From assembly GCA_021613535.1 (NCBI GenBank), contig CP075494.1, positions 13,206,001 to 13,270,000 on the forward strand: a stretch of DNA of 64,000 nt, read 5' to 3'. Shown here one piece after another: positions 40,257-52,039 of this stretch. Position numbers and translations under genes: made by a program. The DNA comes from Adineta vaga. Its lineage: Eukaryota > Animalia > Rotifera. The number at the start of each line of letters is the position of its first letter. Position 1 is the first letter of the stretch. Below the pieces are notes generated by a model that was not told the DNA's origin, ran no database searches, and saw only the letters and a list, made by a program, of their open reading frames with translations.

Positions 40257-43183
40257 TTTCATTTTCAATAAAGAATAATATGACACAGAAATTTTCACTA
40301 AAGGTGCTTAAGTTTATATTCGTACAAACTTAACAATAGAGATCTTATTTTATTTATCAATACAGATGCAGTTTTATAGGTAGTTCATCACGGAATGAAC
40401 TATTGTAAACTTGCTTTATTTTTGTTCTCTTTCGTATCACTTACTATACTTACTATATTTAACGTGAAATCATCCGTGAATAATATGAACATAGGTGAAG
40501 ATGAATTTTTATTCGGTCTGGATAAAATTTAAATCATTGTAAAATTAAAATGTATTATTATTCTTATGCAATATTTAATTTTATTTCTCAACCCATATGA
40601 ATTAACCATATCTTCTCTTTAGTAAGAACATCTCATTTAGCAAAGAGATTCAATCGTAATTTATAATAAGTGAAGAAATTTTAGAGTGACTAGATAAGAA
40701 TATGGCTCCCTCTTTAACATAGTTTAGAATCTATACGTTCAAAGTATAACGAAATTTTTTGACTTCCAAAGGTGGGTTTTATCGTATCGTATCGTATATT
40801 GCATAATGTTCAAAATAGTATAATCGTAGTGTGATTCGATTCGGTCATTTTTACCCTTAGCTACCGTTTTAAAAGGTAAAGTAAATAAGATCGTCGATCG
40901 ATGGGTGAGAATGTATTTAGTTTAGCGTGATACACGAGCAAGTGATTTTGAGAGTTCATGATGACTATATTCATACGTTTTCTCTACAGAATATACAATG
41001 ATATAATGCCTGAAAAATGATTTTACACAAAAAAAAGATAGATATAGTGATCTCATGAAACCATGCAATCTATTCGCAACAAGATTTCGAAATAAATAAT
41101 AAGATTACATGAAGTGTCGGCCTCTGTTGTCCGATTTTTTTGTCTATACGCTATGTGACTATGTGAAGATGTTGTAAAATGTTGATTGAACGTCAATGTA
41201 CGAAAGGATATAATAATTTTGAAAAAACATGATGTACTTGCGTAATTTAAAACACCATCTTTGAATAAAAACATTACCGTAGTCAAATCATGTGTATATT
41301 TTTCTCAAAAATAATCACGAACATAATTTTTAAGCTTTGAATTTAGATCTTTGAAAAATTCAAATACTAATTATTCTGACCATAAAAATTCGTTTTGAGT
41401 GAGTTACACAAGGAGTTTACGATGCATTTTCTTATATAAGATATATACTTTTTAACTACTATATGACGAACTATTTTGTGAAATAAATCTTCATCGTATA
41501 CGTAAATCAAATGACATTTTTTACATATCTCGCCTTCATATATTCTTTGTATATTTCTTGTTCACGTCAATCTCCTCATTCGTCATGTTATTTTCACGCC
41601 TTTTTCTTTCCCGTTTTGATTGATGAATGCCAGTAATATACATATATTGTCTATGTTTTTCTCCTTTTCTTCATCATATCATTCCATCCAACCAAATATA
41701 TATAAACATCTAATACAAACATTCCAAACGAATATCTTTGAAATAAATGATGATATTGAATATTTTACATAATAAGTTCGACTCAATGAACTAAAAAGAA
41801 TGCATTGGCATATCTTTCATAGACTGAAAAATTTACGAAATATAAATACGGTTCTCAAACAACAACTGTGTTAATTTCATAAAGATTTCTGTATTTCAAC
41901 TTTGAATAGTTGTTCAATTCGGTTCTATCTTGAAGGCTATACGTAATAGACAGACTATAAACAACCAAATAGGTTCTGATGATAGATATTTCATATCATG
42001 GAAATATAACAAAACAAAAAAGAAACAAGACTTTAGAAGGATAAAATGTCGCATAAGCGCTTTTCCTTTGTCCTAAGTATTTTTTCATCTGTTATTCTCA
42101 TCGTATCCAGTTATTCTAGCTGTCATTACTACGACATAAAATTAATAAGTTTCTTTCAAGACGAACGACCTAGATCTAAATATCTATACTTTTCTGAGAG
42201 AAAAGAGTCTGTCTATAGAATGATAAATGCGTTGTTCATTGTCTGATGATATGAACAAAGATTTCTCACTTTGAAAGAGTAAATAGCGTGACAAGATGTT
42301 CGCACTTTTTTATTTCAATTTTATGATTTTTCAATCATTAAATCTCTTTCGATCAATCAGTCTCTCTGCTACTTGTCACTTTTTATTCTTGTTTTACTCA
42401 TGATGAATAAAAGAAAGCAGAAAAGAAGATATAGCCGAATAGGGAATGACTTCAAACGTTGCATTTGTAACATCCTCCCCGATCAATGGATGTCGTAAAC
42501 CCGTCAACTTGAAATCAATAAACGTACATATGTGTCGGTATGAATTCTTCTCTGATTACATTAGCACGCGTATACACTCATTTCTTTCCCTTGAGATGCC
42601 TAATGACTTGAAGAGTCAGATTGATTGAGTACAGCGAAAGACATTGTATAAGATCACCACAACGAAAAAGAAGAAGAAGAAGAAAAAGAAAAAGGAAAGA
42701 TTCAAATCATCAGTCAAGTGTAAACTAGAACAATCAATGATACTTCTGTTATTCTTCATTTCTTTCGTCGTTTTCTTTTGCTTTCTATTGCTACTGTTGT
42801 TATTGTTTAATGATATAAAACCTACGAAGTATTATCTGGACGAATCAGAAACGAGTGATGTTCTCTTTCGGACCATTCAGCAATGCGGATAATAATTTCT
42901 TCTTCGTCTTTTCTCTCCTCTCTTCTTCTTCTTCTTCTTTCTCTCTCTCTCTTTCTCTATCTCTATTTCCTCATACGAAGGCGGCAAGCGAGTGATGACA
43001 GGCATCCCATGTTGAATCTATTGAAAGATCAAACGAGAAAGTAGAGAGACAGATAGATAGACAAAAAAGAGAAAAAGAAACGTTTCCGTCATCTTTCAAC
43101 AAAATATCAGTCGTGTGATCGAGTAGAGTGTAGAGATTATTTCAGAATATCTATAAAAAAAAAAGACGCCCGAACGACGAGCA

Positions 43184-45274
43184 ATGGCAAATGCTCAAGC
43201 AACTGTTAGTACATCGAAATATGACGATCATCTGGACGATTATTTTACTCGACCAAGTGAAGATGATTTTCAACAACAACCATTTATCTATCCTGAACAA
43301 CAAAAATCTAAGGCAACAACAACGAAGAGCAAACCAAGAAAAAATAAACGATCAGGTAGAGATTTTTCTATTAACTAATTGATTTTTATCGATATTCATT
43401 GATCCAGAAAAAGATTTTCAATCAAAAAAAGATAAACATTCAGCTATATCATACATTAACTGATTAAAAAGAGGAAAACGAAGACTTTAAACATGATGAA
43501 TTCTCTTCTCTTCTCTTTTCTTCTCTGATGAACCTTCCATTGATCAACTAGAGAAAAACAATTAGCGAGTTATCCATTTGTTAAACTCATCTCACACTTA
43601 TTTTTTGACCTTTTTTTAATGCTTCGATCGAACTATTGCAATATCTTGTCATTTCTTGTACGATAGATATACATATACACACATTCTCTTCCGCCTGTCG
43701 ACACCCTTCAAACAAAAGCCTAAGAGTATAGTACTAGTTTGAATATACATATATATATATACATACACGAGACAAACAGTTGTGTTTACTTTTGACCATA
43801 AACTACATATATAGATATCTTCATGGCAATTGATTGATACTGTCCGGCTGTTCGAATGTGTCAATCGATTTCGAAGAATGTTCTCTTTTTATATTTAGAT
43901 AATCCACATGCACCTAAGCGTATTCGAACAGCTTATACAAATAAACAATTATTAGAATTAGAAAAAGAATTTCATTATTCAAAATATCTCTGTCGACCAA
44001 GACGTGTAGAAATAGCATCAACACTTTTACTTACCGAACGACAAGTCAAGGTAAAAGAAATTTTTATATTATCGTTTGTTGTTCAAGCTTCTTCGTCTTC
44101 TGTTTAGGTCTGGTTTCAAAATCGGTAAACTATTTATTCTTTTCTATTCTATTCTATTTTCTATATATTTTTTTCTCTTTCTCTCCATTTCTATTGGTTA
44201 GTCGAATGAAATATAAGAGACAATTAATGCTACAAGATCCGAAGTTAGCAGAAGAATTTGAAGCAAATGAAATGCATGAAGATGATACAAGTGCGGATGA
44301 AGCAGATGCTTCTAGTCCAAAGACGATGGAGCGTATAATTCGACCAAAACGTAAAACAAAAATAAAAGAAAGTAAATGTACATCACATTCATGTAGTTCA
44401 ATCAAAAATGATCAATGGTTATTTGATCAACAAGAAGGAGATTCATCAAAAATGCTCGAAAAAGTACAAATGATCTGCAATAAAATTCAAATATTAATTT
44501 CTTCTTTTTTGTTTTTTTTAGATAAATCCAATTGAAAAACTTGATTCATTACCCGATCAACATATTCAAGCATGTTCAACATCACCAAAAATAGCTAAAC
44601 TCGAGCAAACTTCACCTATTCGCACTGATGATTGGACAAATCCACTACAACAATCCTCAACTATGATAACACCACCACCAACAATGACTACAACTTCAAG
44701 TTGTGATACAATCAATTGTTCATGCTGTGATTATGATGGACAATTTTACCCACCAACATCATCAACATCATCATCGGCTGCATCCTATAATACTCACTAT
44801 TATTCATCTCAACAACAGCAACAACAACAACAAACACCATCTCAACATATGACAGTAAATGTACCTGTTGTGGCTAATTTTCAAGTTAATGTTAATACAA
44901 CACATCCTGGCTATCCATTGGCTAATTCAAATAATAACCATCATCATCATCATTATAATGTTTCAAGAAAACAAAACATGTATCAGCAACAACAACAGCA
45001 ATCGCAACAGCAACAGCAACCCATGCCTTCATCATACTATCGAACTGGTTATTCTTCTGCAATGAAATACAATCAACAATCATCACCATCGATTTATCAT
45101 CAATCACAACAATATTCCGCACCTTCTCAAACGTTTATGGAAAATTCGACTCATTTTCCAATGACATCCTCCTCCTATCATCATGATTTTGTATATGGTC
45201 ATCGTCAACATCCTTCACTAGGATACAACTCTTTTAATCAACACACAAATGGACATATTTATCATCAGCTATAA
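43184..45274 (+). CDS. pb: Hox paralog group 2 (proboscipedia-like) homeobox gene; exons 43184-43355, 43899-44050, 44108-44124, 44202-44463, 44522-45274
   Basis: Spliced homeodomain [46 protein letters not shown]|VWFQNR|RMKYKRQ carries the PG2 signatures [18 protein letters not shown] and KRQ. All splice phases are compatible. Confidence 0.88.
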
Positions 45275-45598
45275 GAATAAAAACAATTTAAAAAAAAAGA
45301 ACAACTTATGATTATTTTCTTTCTTTTTTTTTCCTTGATATAAAAATAAATTCTGTGTGCGTGTGTGTGTGTGTACGTGTGTTTCAATTTCAAGAAAAGA
45401 AATTCAAATGTTCTGTTTTTCTTCACTTATCAGATATTAATACAAACATTGAATTTAATGAAATTATTTTGAAAGTTGTCTTCTGTCTGTCTGCTAGTGA
45501 CATTCAACAATGATTGGTCGTATGTTTATTCAAATCATGAGTTCATATGATTCATCTATTGAGGTTCTTTCTCTCAATGTTCCATTCTTATATAGGTT

Positions 45599-46928
45599 AT
45601 GTCAATTGTCAAAATGGCTGAACAAGATCAAGAATTAATATCATCAAACGATATATTAACTACAATTTATGATGTTAATCGAGCAATATTTCGTCATTTA
45701 TCAATCTATTCAATCGATTCATGCTCTTTAGTTTGTCAATCATGGGCACATCTAGCTCGTTTAATCAAAGCACAACGTCATACGATTCATGCTTTATCTT
45801 ATCCACGAAATCCACTTTCATCAGCAATAGAATTTCCCTATCTTCGATCTGATTTCGATACATATCTATCATCATTTATACATGATCATCTTTGGTCAAT
45901 TCCATATTTAGCTTTTGTGGTTGTTACCAATAATTTAGAAAAGAAAGGTTTTCAATCATTATCATCAACAACAGACACACCATCTCCAGCAAAATATCCA
46001 AAACGTTTTCGTTCAGAAACATCAACATCTAATCGAACAGAACGTTGTGATATTTTAAAACCATTAACTGATCATTTAAATAAATCATGTCAAATTCTTG
46101 TGATAGTTTCGGATGCTATCGTAGCATCAAATGAAGAAAATCAAACCAATGAAATTGAACAAGGTACATAAATATCGACATATTTTCAATAATAGGAATA
46201 AACTTCTTCTCCTTTTTTTCAATATTTTAGACGAAGCTATAGGTATACTTCTGCTTCCTAGATTTCCATCGAATATTATGGGCATCTATCCATTTGAAAT
46301 TTCAAGTAAAACACGAATGTCCGATAATATGTCTCGTTCAGATTTACATCAATATCTTGGTGGTATACCCGATGATATACCTATTCGTTGTGTGATATTT
46401 TTCTCTTCATCACCTCTGTCTCAAACTGTAAATTGTATAAAGAAATTACTTGAATATTATTCGTCTGACGTAGCTATTATTGGAGGTTATATTAAAAGAA
46501 GTCGTTACAATGATCGACAAACGAACGAACGAAAACATTCATCGAATAATCCTTGTGGTATTGTTCTCACTGGTAATAGAAATCATTTAAATATTCGACA
46601 AATTCTATTAAATAATCATATTCAAACACGTGAAGCAATCAGAGAAAAATTAAAAGAATTAAAATCAGTTGAAAATCAACAGTGTTCTCATTCATTTGCA
46701 ATACAAGTTAGTTGTGTAGCACGTGGATTGGATTTTTATAATCAAGAATCCAATGTTGAATGTTCAGAATTTCGAAATTTATTTCCCAAGACACCATTAA
46801 TTGGAATTTTTGGTGATGGAGAACTGGGACATAATTATTTATCAAATGAAGATTCAAAACCATCATCATTCAACGATATATCTCATAGTTATTCGACAGT
46901 TTTTTCACTTATTTCCATTCGTTTGTAA
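45599..46928 (+). CDS. FBXO22: F-box + FIST_C domain protein, FBXO22-like (2 exons)
   Basis: F-box-like IFRHLS...CSLVCQSW. FIST_C SCVARG...E...FRNLFPKTPLIGIFGDGELG...HSYSTVF. Confidence 0.8.
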
Positions 46929-47043
46929 AAAAAAGACAACTTTTTCTTTTTGTATGTACATTTGAATAGATTTATTTCTGATAGTTTATTTTGAGAAAAA
47001 TGAAATAGAGACTTCTTTCACTTTATATACAGAATAGAATCGA

Positions 47044-48254
47044 CTAGTAAAATTGTCGATTTGGTGGATAAGAATGTGGTCGATATTGCTGTTGAGGAGG
47101 AACGAACTGTGGTTGGGGAGGCGGTGGTGGTGGAGGTGGATGCCCATATCCTTGTGGACGAAATCCCATATCAAATATTGGTGGTGGTGCCATTCCTGGT
47201 ACATTCATTGGTGGAAAAGCCATTAGTGGTGGAGGACCTTGTGGTCCTGGTTGTTGTTGCTGTTGCTGCTGTTGAGGATCCACAACAAGACCAGGAAATG
47301 AATTCGTTGGTGGATGTGGCGACGGTAGTAATTGAAGAGGAGATTCTAGACGTGTTTGTAGCGGTTGAGGTTGTTCATGACGTCGCTTGACATGTGCTTG
47401 AAGATCACGTTGTGATGTATATCCTCGTAGACAAGCATCTTGTGAATGAGGATGTGAACCATGATGACAAAGAATAAGATTTTTTGCTTCGATTTTCTCA
47501 ACATCTGTAATCGCATCATTACATCTTTTCAAATCAAACAAAAATAAGTAATAAATCAGAAAAGATATGAAATAATCGGTTTACTTTGGACAATTACGAC
47601 GACCATTTTTACATTCATTGGCACATTGTAAACAAAAAGCTGCATGTTTACATGGCAACTATAAATGAGAATAAAAGAAAAATTCCTATCAGTTTTATAA
47701 ATATATGATCATACCAATCTTCCAACAAGTAATACTGGATATCGACAATTAAGACAACAGAATGCTTTTGTTTCTTTAATTCTTCTTCCGACATGATTCA
47801 CCTTGAAAAATGAAAACGACAGAAATTCAAATTTATGTTTCAGTAAAAGAACTATATGGAAATTACTCGAAAATCCCATCGAACACTGTTCGGTTGTTTT
47901 ACCGATGAACTTCCTCGAGAACTTCGATCACTTGCACTGGCATCATCATCATCGTCATCATCATCATCCATACTTCTATTACCATCGTCATGATCATGAT
48001 CTAGAATGAAAAAAAAAACATTTAGAATTTTCCAATCATTTAAAGTAATAATATAGACCACTGCTTGATGATGATGATTCACGATCTCCACTTCTTGAAC
48101 GTGAATTTCTTCGAGTTTTTTGTCGATTATTATCACGAGAATTCCGTTCATTGGATGGTGATCTTCTCCGAGTTTTTTGTGCTTGTTGTTGTTGTTGTTG
48201 CTGTTGCTGTTGCTGCTGCTGTGGTACGAAAGTATTCGTTTCAATAGGTCCCAT
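47044..48254 (-). CDS. CBLL1: E3 ubiquitin ligase Hakai (multi-exon)
   Basis: VRWDFR-VNHVGRR, RING CLNC...GRL-LPCKHAAFCLQC...CPKC, HYB zinc finger CLRGYTSQRDLQAHVKRRH, Pro-rich tail. Confidence 0.9.
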
Positions 48255-48466
48255 GGTATTTCAATTATAAAAATGGTATGACACAAGAAATTATACTAGA
48301 CTAGACTAGACTAGATTCTATTCTATCTTTCTTCTCATTGGTTACTTTTTCAGCCATAGAAAAATTTACTGACCTCTGTTTGAACTCTGTTCTATTCGTT
48401 CGATTAAACTCTTGTTCACACAAATACATTAACGCTCATTAAAAATTACTTGTCTTCATAATCAAC

Positions 48467-49938
48467 ATGCTCAGTCAACAAGCCTATATGAGTCCTGGTG
48501 ATGATGAAATGTTATTCGATGATACAACACCGATTACCTTTGGAGAAAATAAAAAATCCAATTGTAAAACAAATAGAACTGATCTACCAATTCAATATCC
48601 GAATGGTATATCTTCAATTCTTGCCTTTCTTCTTATTCGAATTTGATATTTTTATTAAGATGATAAACTATCAACATTATTTAATACGACAGGTCGAGAA
48701 AAGAACTCAACAGGACCTTTGAAACAATGGCTTTTCGAACATCAACATCATCCATGTTTGTAACTTTTCTTAATCAAATAGATTACGTAGATTGATATTT
48801 CTAGATCCTAATGAAGCCGATAAACAAGAATTGATGGAAAAGACGAAGATGTCTTTATCACAAATTACCGTTTGGTTTACAAATGCTCGTGTAAAAATGA
48901 GAAAAGAAAATAAATTACCATTGAATTTATATGCAAAGAAGAAGAAGAAAAAACAACAACAACAACAAGATGATTCGTTTCATCTTGATGATACTTTATC
49001 ACCACCATTTTCAGCACAAAATTTATCTTTTAATGGTAATGATTACATACTTTCTTAACATAAAAGTTATTTTTTCTTCAATAGAATTATCAACATCATT
49101 CGATAATGAATACACAAGCGATGGTAATCTTGATGATACATATACTTCCAATATTGTTATGGTTTGTCCATCGGTAGAGAAACGAATTGTTTTGGCATAT
49201 TCATGTTTAAATATCGAACAACTTGTATGTAAAATTTTGCATTTCATTCGATTAAAATATGTTCTCTTTTTAGACTGAAGTACATCGTTTCGCTTCATTA
49301 TTTCCCAATCAAATTATCTTATCAAATTGTGTCGATGATCGTACTACACATTTAATTGTTGGCAATGAAGAAAAACCATTGTTATGTCCATTAACAATCA
49401 AAGTATTTCAAGCTATTGCTCGTCATTTATTTGTTTTAACATATCGATGGATCTGCGAATGTTGTAAACAAAATCAAATTATTGATGAAACATCATTTGA
49501 AATACGAGGCGATATTCCATTCGGTGAATATCACGATGGAATGCGTCATAGTCGATTATCTAAACATATGAATCTATTTGAAAATTGTCAATTTTTTATT
49601 TCATGTAACGATTGTCAAGAAAAAATGGTAAGTAAATTGAATTCGTATTCCATTAATCTCTATTTACTTTTCTTTAGGGTAAAACTGAACTTGCTTCTTT
49701 GATTACGTTATGTCGTGGTACACTTCTTTATACTCATCCAATAGCAACATCAAATGATTCTTCCATTTTAACCATTGTACTTTGTGATAAATTACTTCCA
49801 TTCAATTCTCCAGCTCAACAGCAATTATTTGAAACATCACGTTCGAATGGTGTTCATTTTCTTAGTCCTGAATGGGTATTGGAATCAATTGTTCAATTTT
49901 CGTTACAACCATTCGATGACTATGAAGAAAAATTTTAA
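48467..49938 (+). CDS. TALE-class (Iroquois/Mohawk-like) homeodomain fused to BRCA1-type tandem BRCT; exons 48467-48605, 48660-48755, 48805-49035, 49085-49224, 49274-49627, 49678-49938
   Basis: Six phase-compatible exons give one ORF containing STGPLKQWLFEHQHHPYPNEADKQELMEKTKMSLSQITVWFTNARVKMRKENK, then LAYSCL...TTHLIV...CPLTIKVFQAIA...YRWI...FEIRGD...G.YHDG, and a second BRCT LITLCRG...SPEWVLESI. Confidence 0.85.
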
Positions 49939-50184
49939 GATTAACATATCAGATATCTTGTTATGTCAGATATTATCTGAATGCAACAGTGAGAACATTG
50001 TCAGATATACATATACATATACATCTCTTCCTTGTGTATTTTGTTTTATATACAGAAAGAGAATTTAAAAACGAAACTGGAAAAACCTGTCTTATGTGTT
50101 TATAAATTAAAATAAAAAGAAATTAGAGATTTTTTTTTGCAAATAAACTAAAACACTATTGTACGTAAAAGTTGTTTTTAGATT

Positions 50185-51966
50185 ATGAAACGTCGAAGAG
50201 AAAGTGAAGACGATAGGAACAAGTAAGAATTTGTTGATGAAATGTTGATAAGATTCTCTTCATTTTTTTTCGAAATAGAACGCAATTGGAAGATTTATCG
50301 AATGAATTACTCTATGAAATCTTCGATTATGGTGATTATTGTTCTATGCATGAAATTTTTGCTAATTTAAATTTACGTTTTCAATCTCTCATTACTCAAA
50401 CACCATTACCATTGAATGTCGATTTTCCATTAATATCAAAATCTATCTACGAACAACGTTGTGTACAGCTGATTCAACCGAATATTCAACGAATTATCTC
50501 TTTAAATATAACGAAACATTTTCTTGATTTCTTTGCAATTGATTTATTTTCTTCTCTTCAATCTTTAACTGTTCAACATATTTCGTCGGAAAAAATCAAT
50601 TCACTTCTACTACAATTAAGATCTTTAACAAACTTTTCTAGTCTCTCAATTCAATCAGAAGATTATTTTCAAAACGAAAATATCTTATATAGTTCTATTT
50701 TTCATTTAACAAAATTGAAATTTTGTAAATTAAAATATCAACGTGGTGGAGACCGTGTTCCATTACCACTTGCTACTAGTCCATGTCGAATCTTAGAACA
50801 TTTAATTATCGATTCTCATTGTCGTCTTGATCAACTCATATCGATACTTTCTTATCTACCTCAATTAAAACATTTATCATGCAGTGAACTTTTCAATGCT
50901 GACTATGACGAAATAAAACTATCATTGAAATTAACAACCATTCACCTTAAATTAGTGTTTGTGTCATTTACTACTTTGAAATCGTTATTGTCCAATGTCA
51001 GTTCCAGATTGAAAATTTTAAGAATAGAAACAACCGATAATGGTTTTCTTTATGCAGAGCAATGGCAACAATTGATTGAACAGTATATGCCATTGTTACA
51101 GACTTTTGATTTTCGATATTCAACTTCAGCTGATGTTGATAATCAAGAGAGATTAATACAGGGATTTTCTTCGAATTTTTGGAATGAACGAAACTGGTTT
51201 TTCGATCATTATTATCATTATCTAGATGACGATTTATTTTACTTTCATTTCTTTTCCATTGTTCCATACAAGTAAGTTCAGCCTATAGGCTATTTTCTTT
51301 ACATATTTCATTTTTTCAAGATATGATCAGTTTGAATTGCATGTATTTACCAAGTATCATGAACCGAAATCGTATGAAAAGAATCACATTAATTATGCTC
51401 GTCATGTAAAGATTGAAGATTGTTTAAAAAGAAAAAATTACACTATTCAATTTCCTTGTGTCAAAGAACTTACTCTCCAAAGTATTGATGTTAAAAAGAA
51501 CTCTTGGCTTACTCGTACTATGAAATCTATTATTCCTTTACTACAAATTACAAAATTAAATCTGTATGATCAAAGAATAACAAACAAGAAACTAACTACA
51601 TTTTTACATGCTTTACCAAATTTAGAATCTCTAACGTTAACAAATTTATCACCATCAACAGCGAAGCGACCCAATATGTCTAGAATAACAAGAGTGTCAC
51701 TGTATGAGAAATGTCATATCAAACATCTGGAATTTCTTATCGATGTTTTTCCTCGTGTAGAACATCTGAAAATAAGCATCGATGAAAATCATCTTGAAGA
51801 AATTCTTCAATTTCTAGTATTGAAAGCAAAATATCTGTTTTTATTGATCATTCATTTTGCTCATTATGAGATGATTGAAGTAGTAAAAGCAATCATCCAA
51901 AAGAATCAATTGGTTAATAATTATTCAGTTGAACGTATTGATGGAGAACTATACTTATGGTGTTAA
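50185..51966 (+). CDS. F-box / LRR-like protein of a type expanded in bdelloid rotifers (3 exons)
   Basis: LEDLSNELLYEIFDY F-box-like start, leucine-rich repeats, AEQWQQLIEQYMPLLQTFDF and FSSNFWNERNWFF motifs. Confidence 0.75.
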
Positions 51967-52039
51967 CTTACTTTTCGATGATTGAACGATAGAATACATG
52001 CTCTAATTATATTTTAGATTTGTAATATAAATTTTAGTC

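Noticed and set aside
42330-43001. Pbx/Hox (ATCAATCA at 42352) and Meis (TGACAG at 42996) motifs upstream of Hox2
   Set aside because: These short motifs occur by chance in such AT-rich DNA (TGATTGAT also appears in unrelated introns). Cross-species conservation would be needed.
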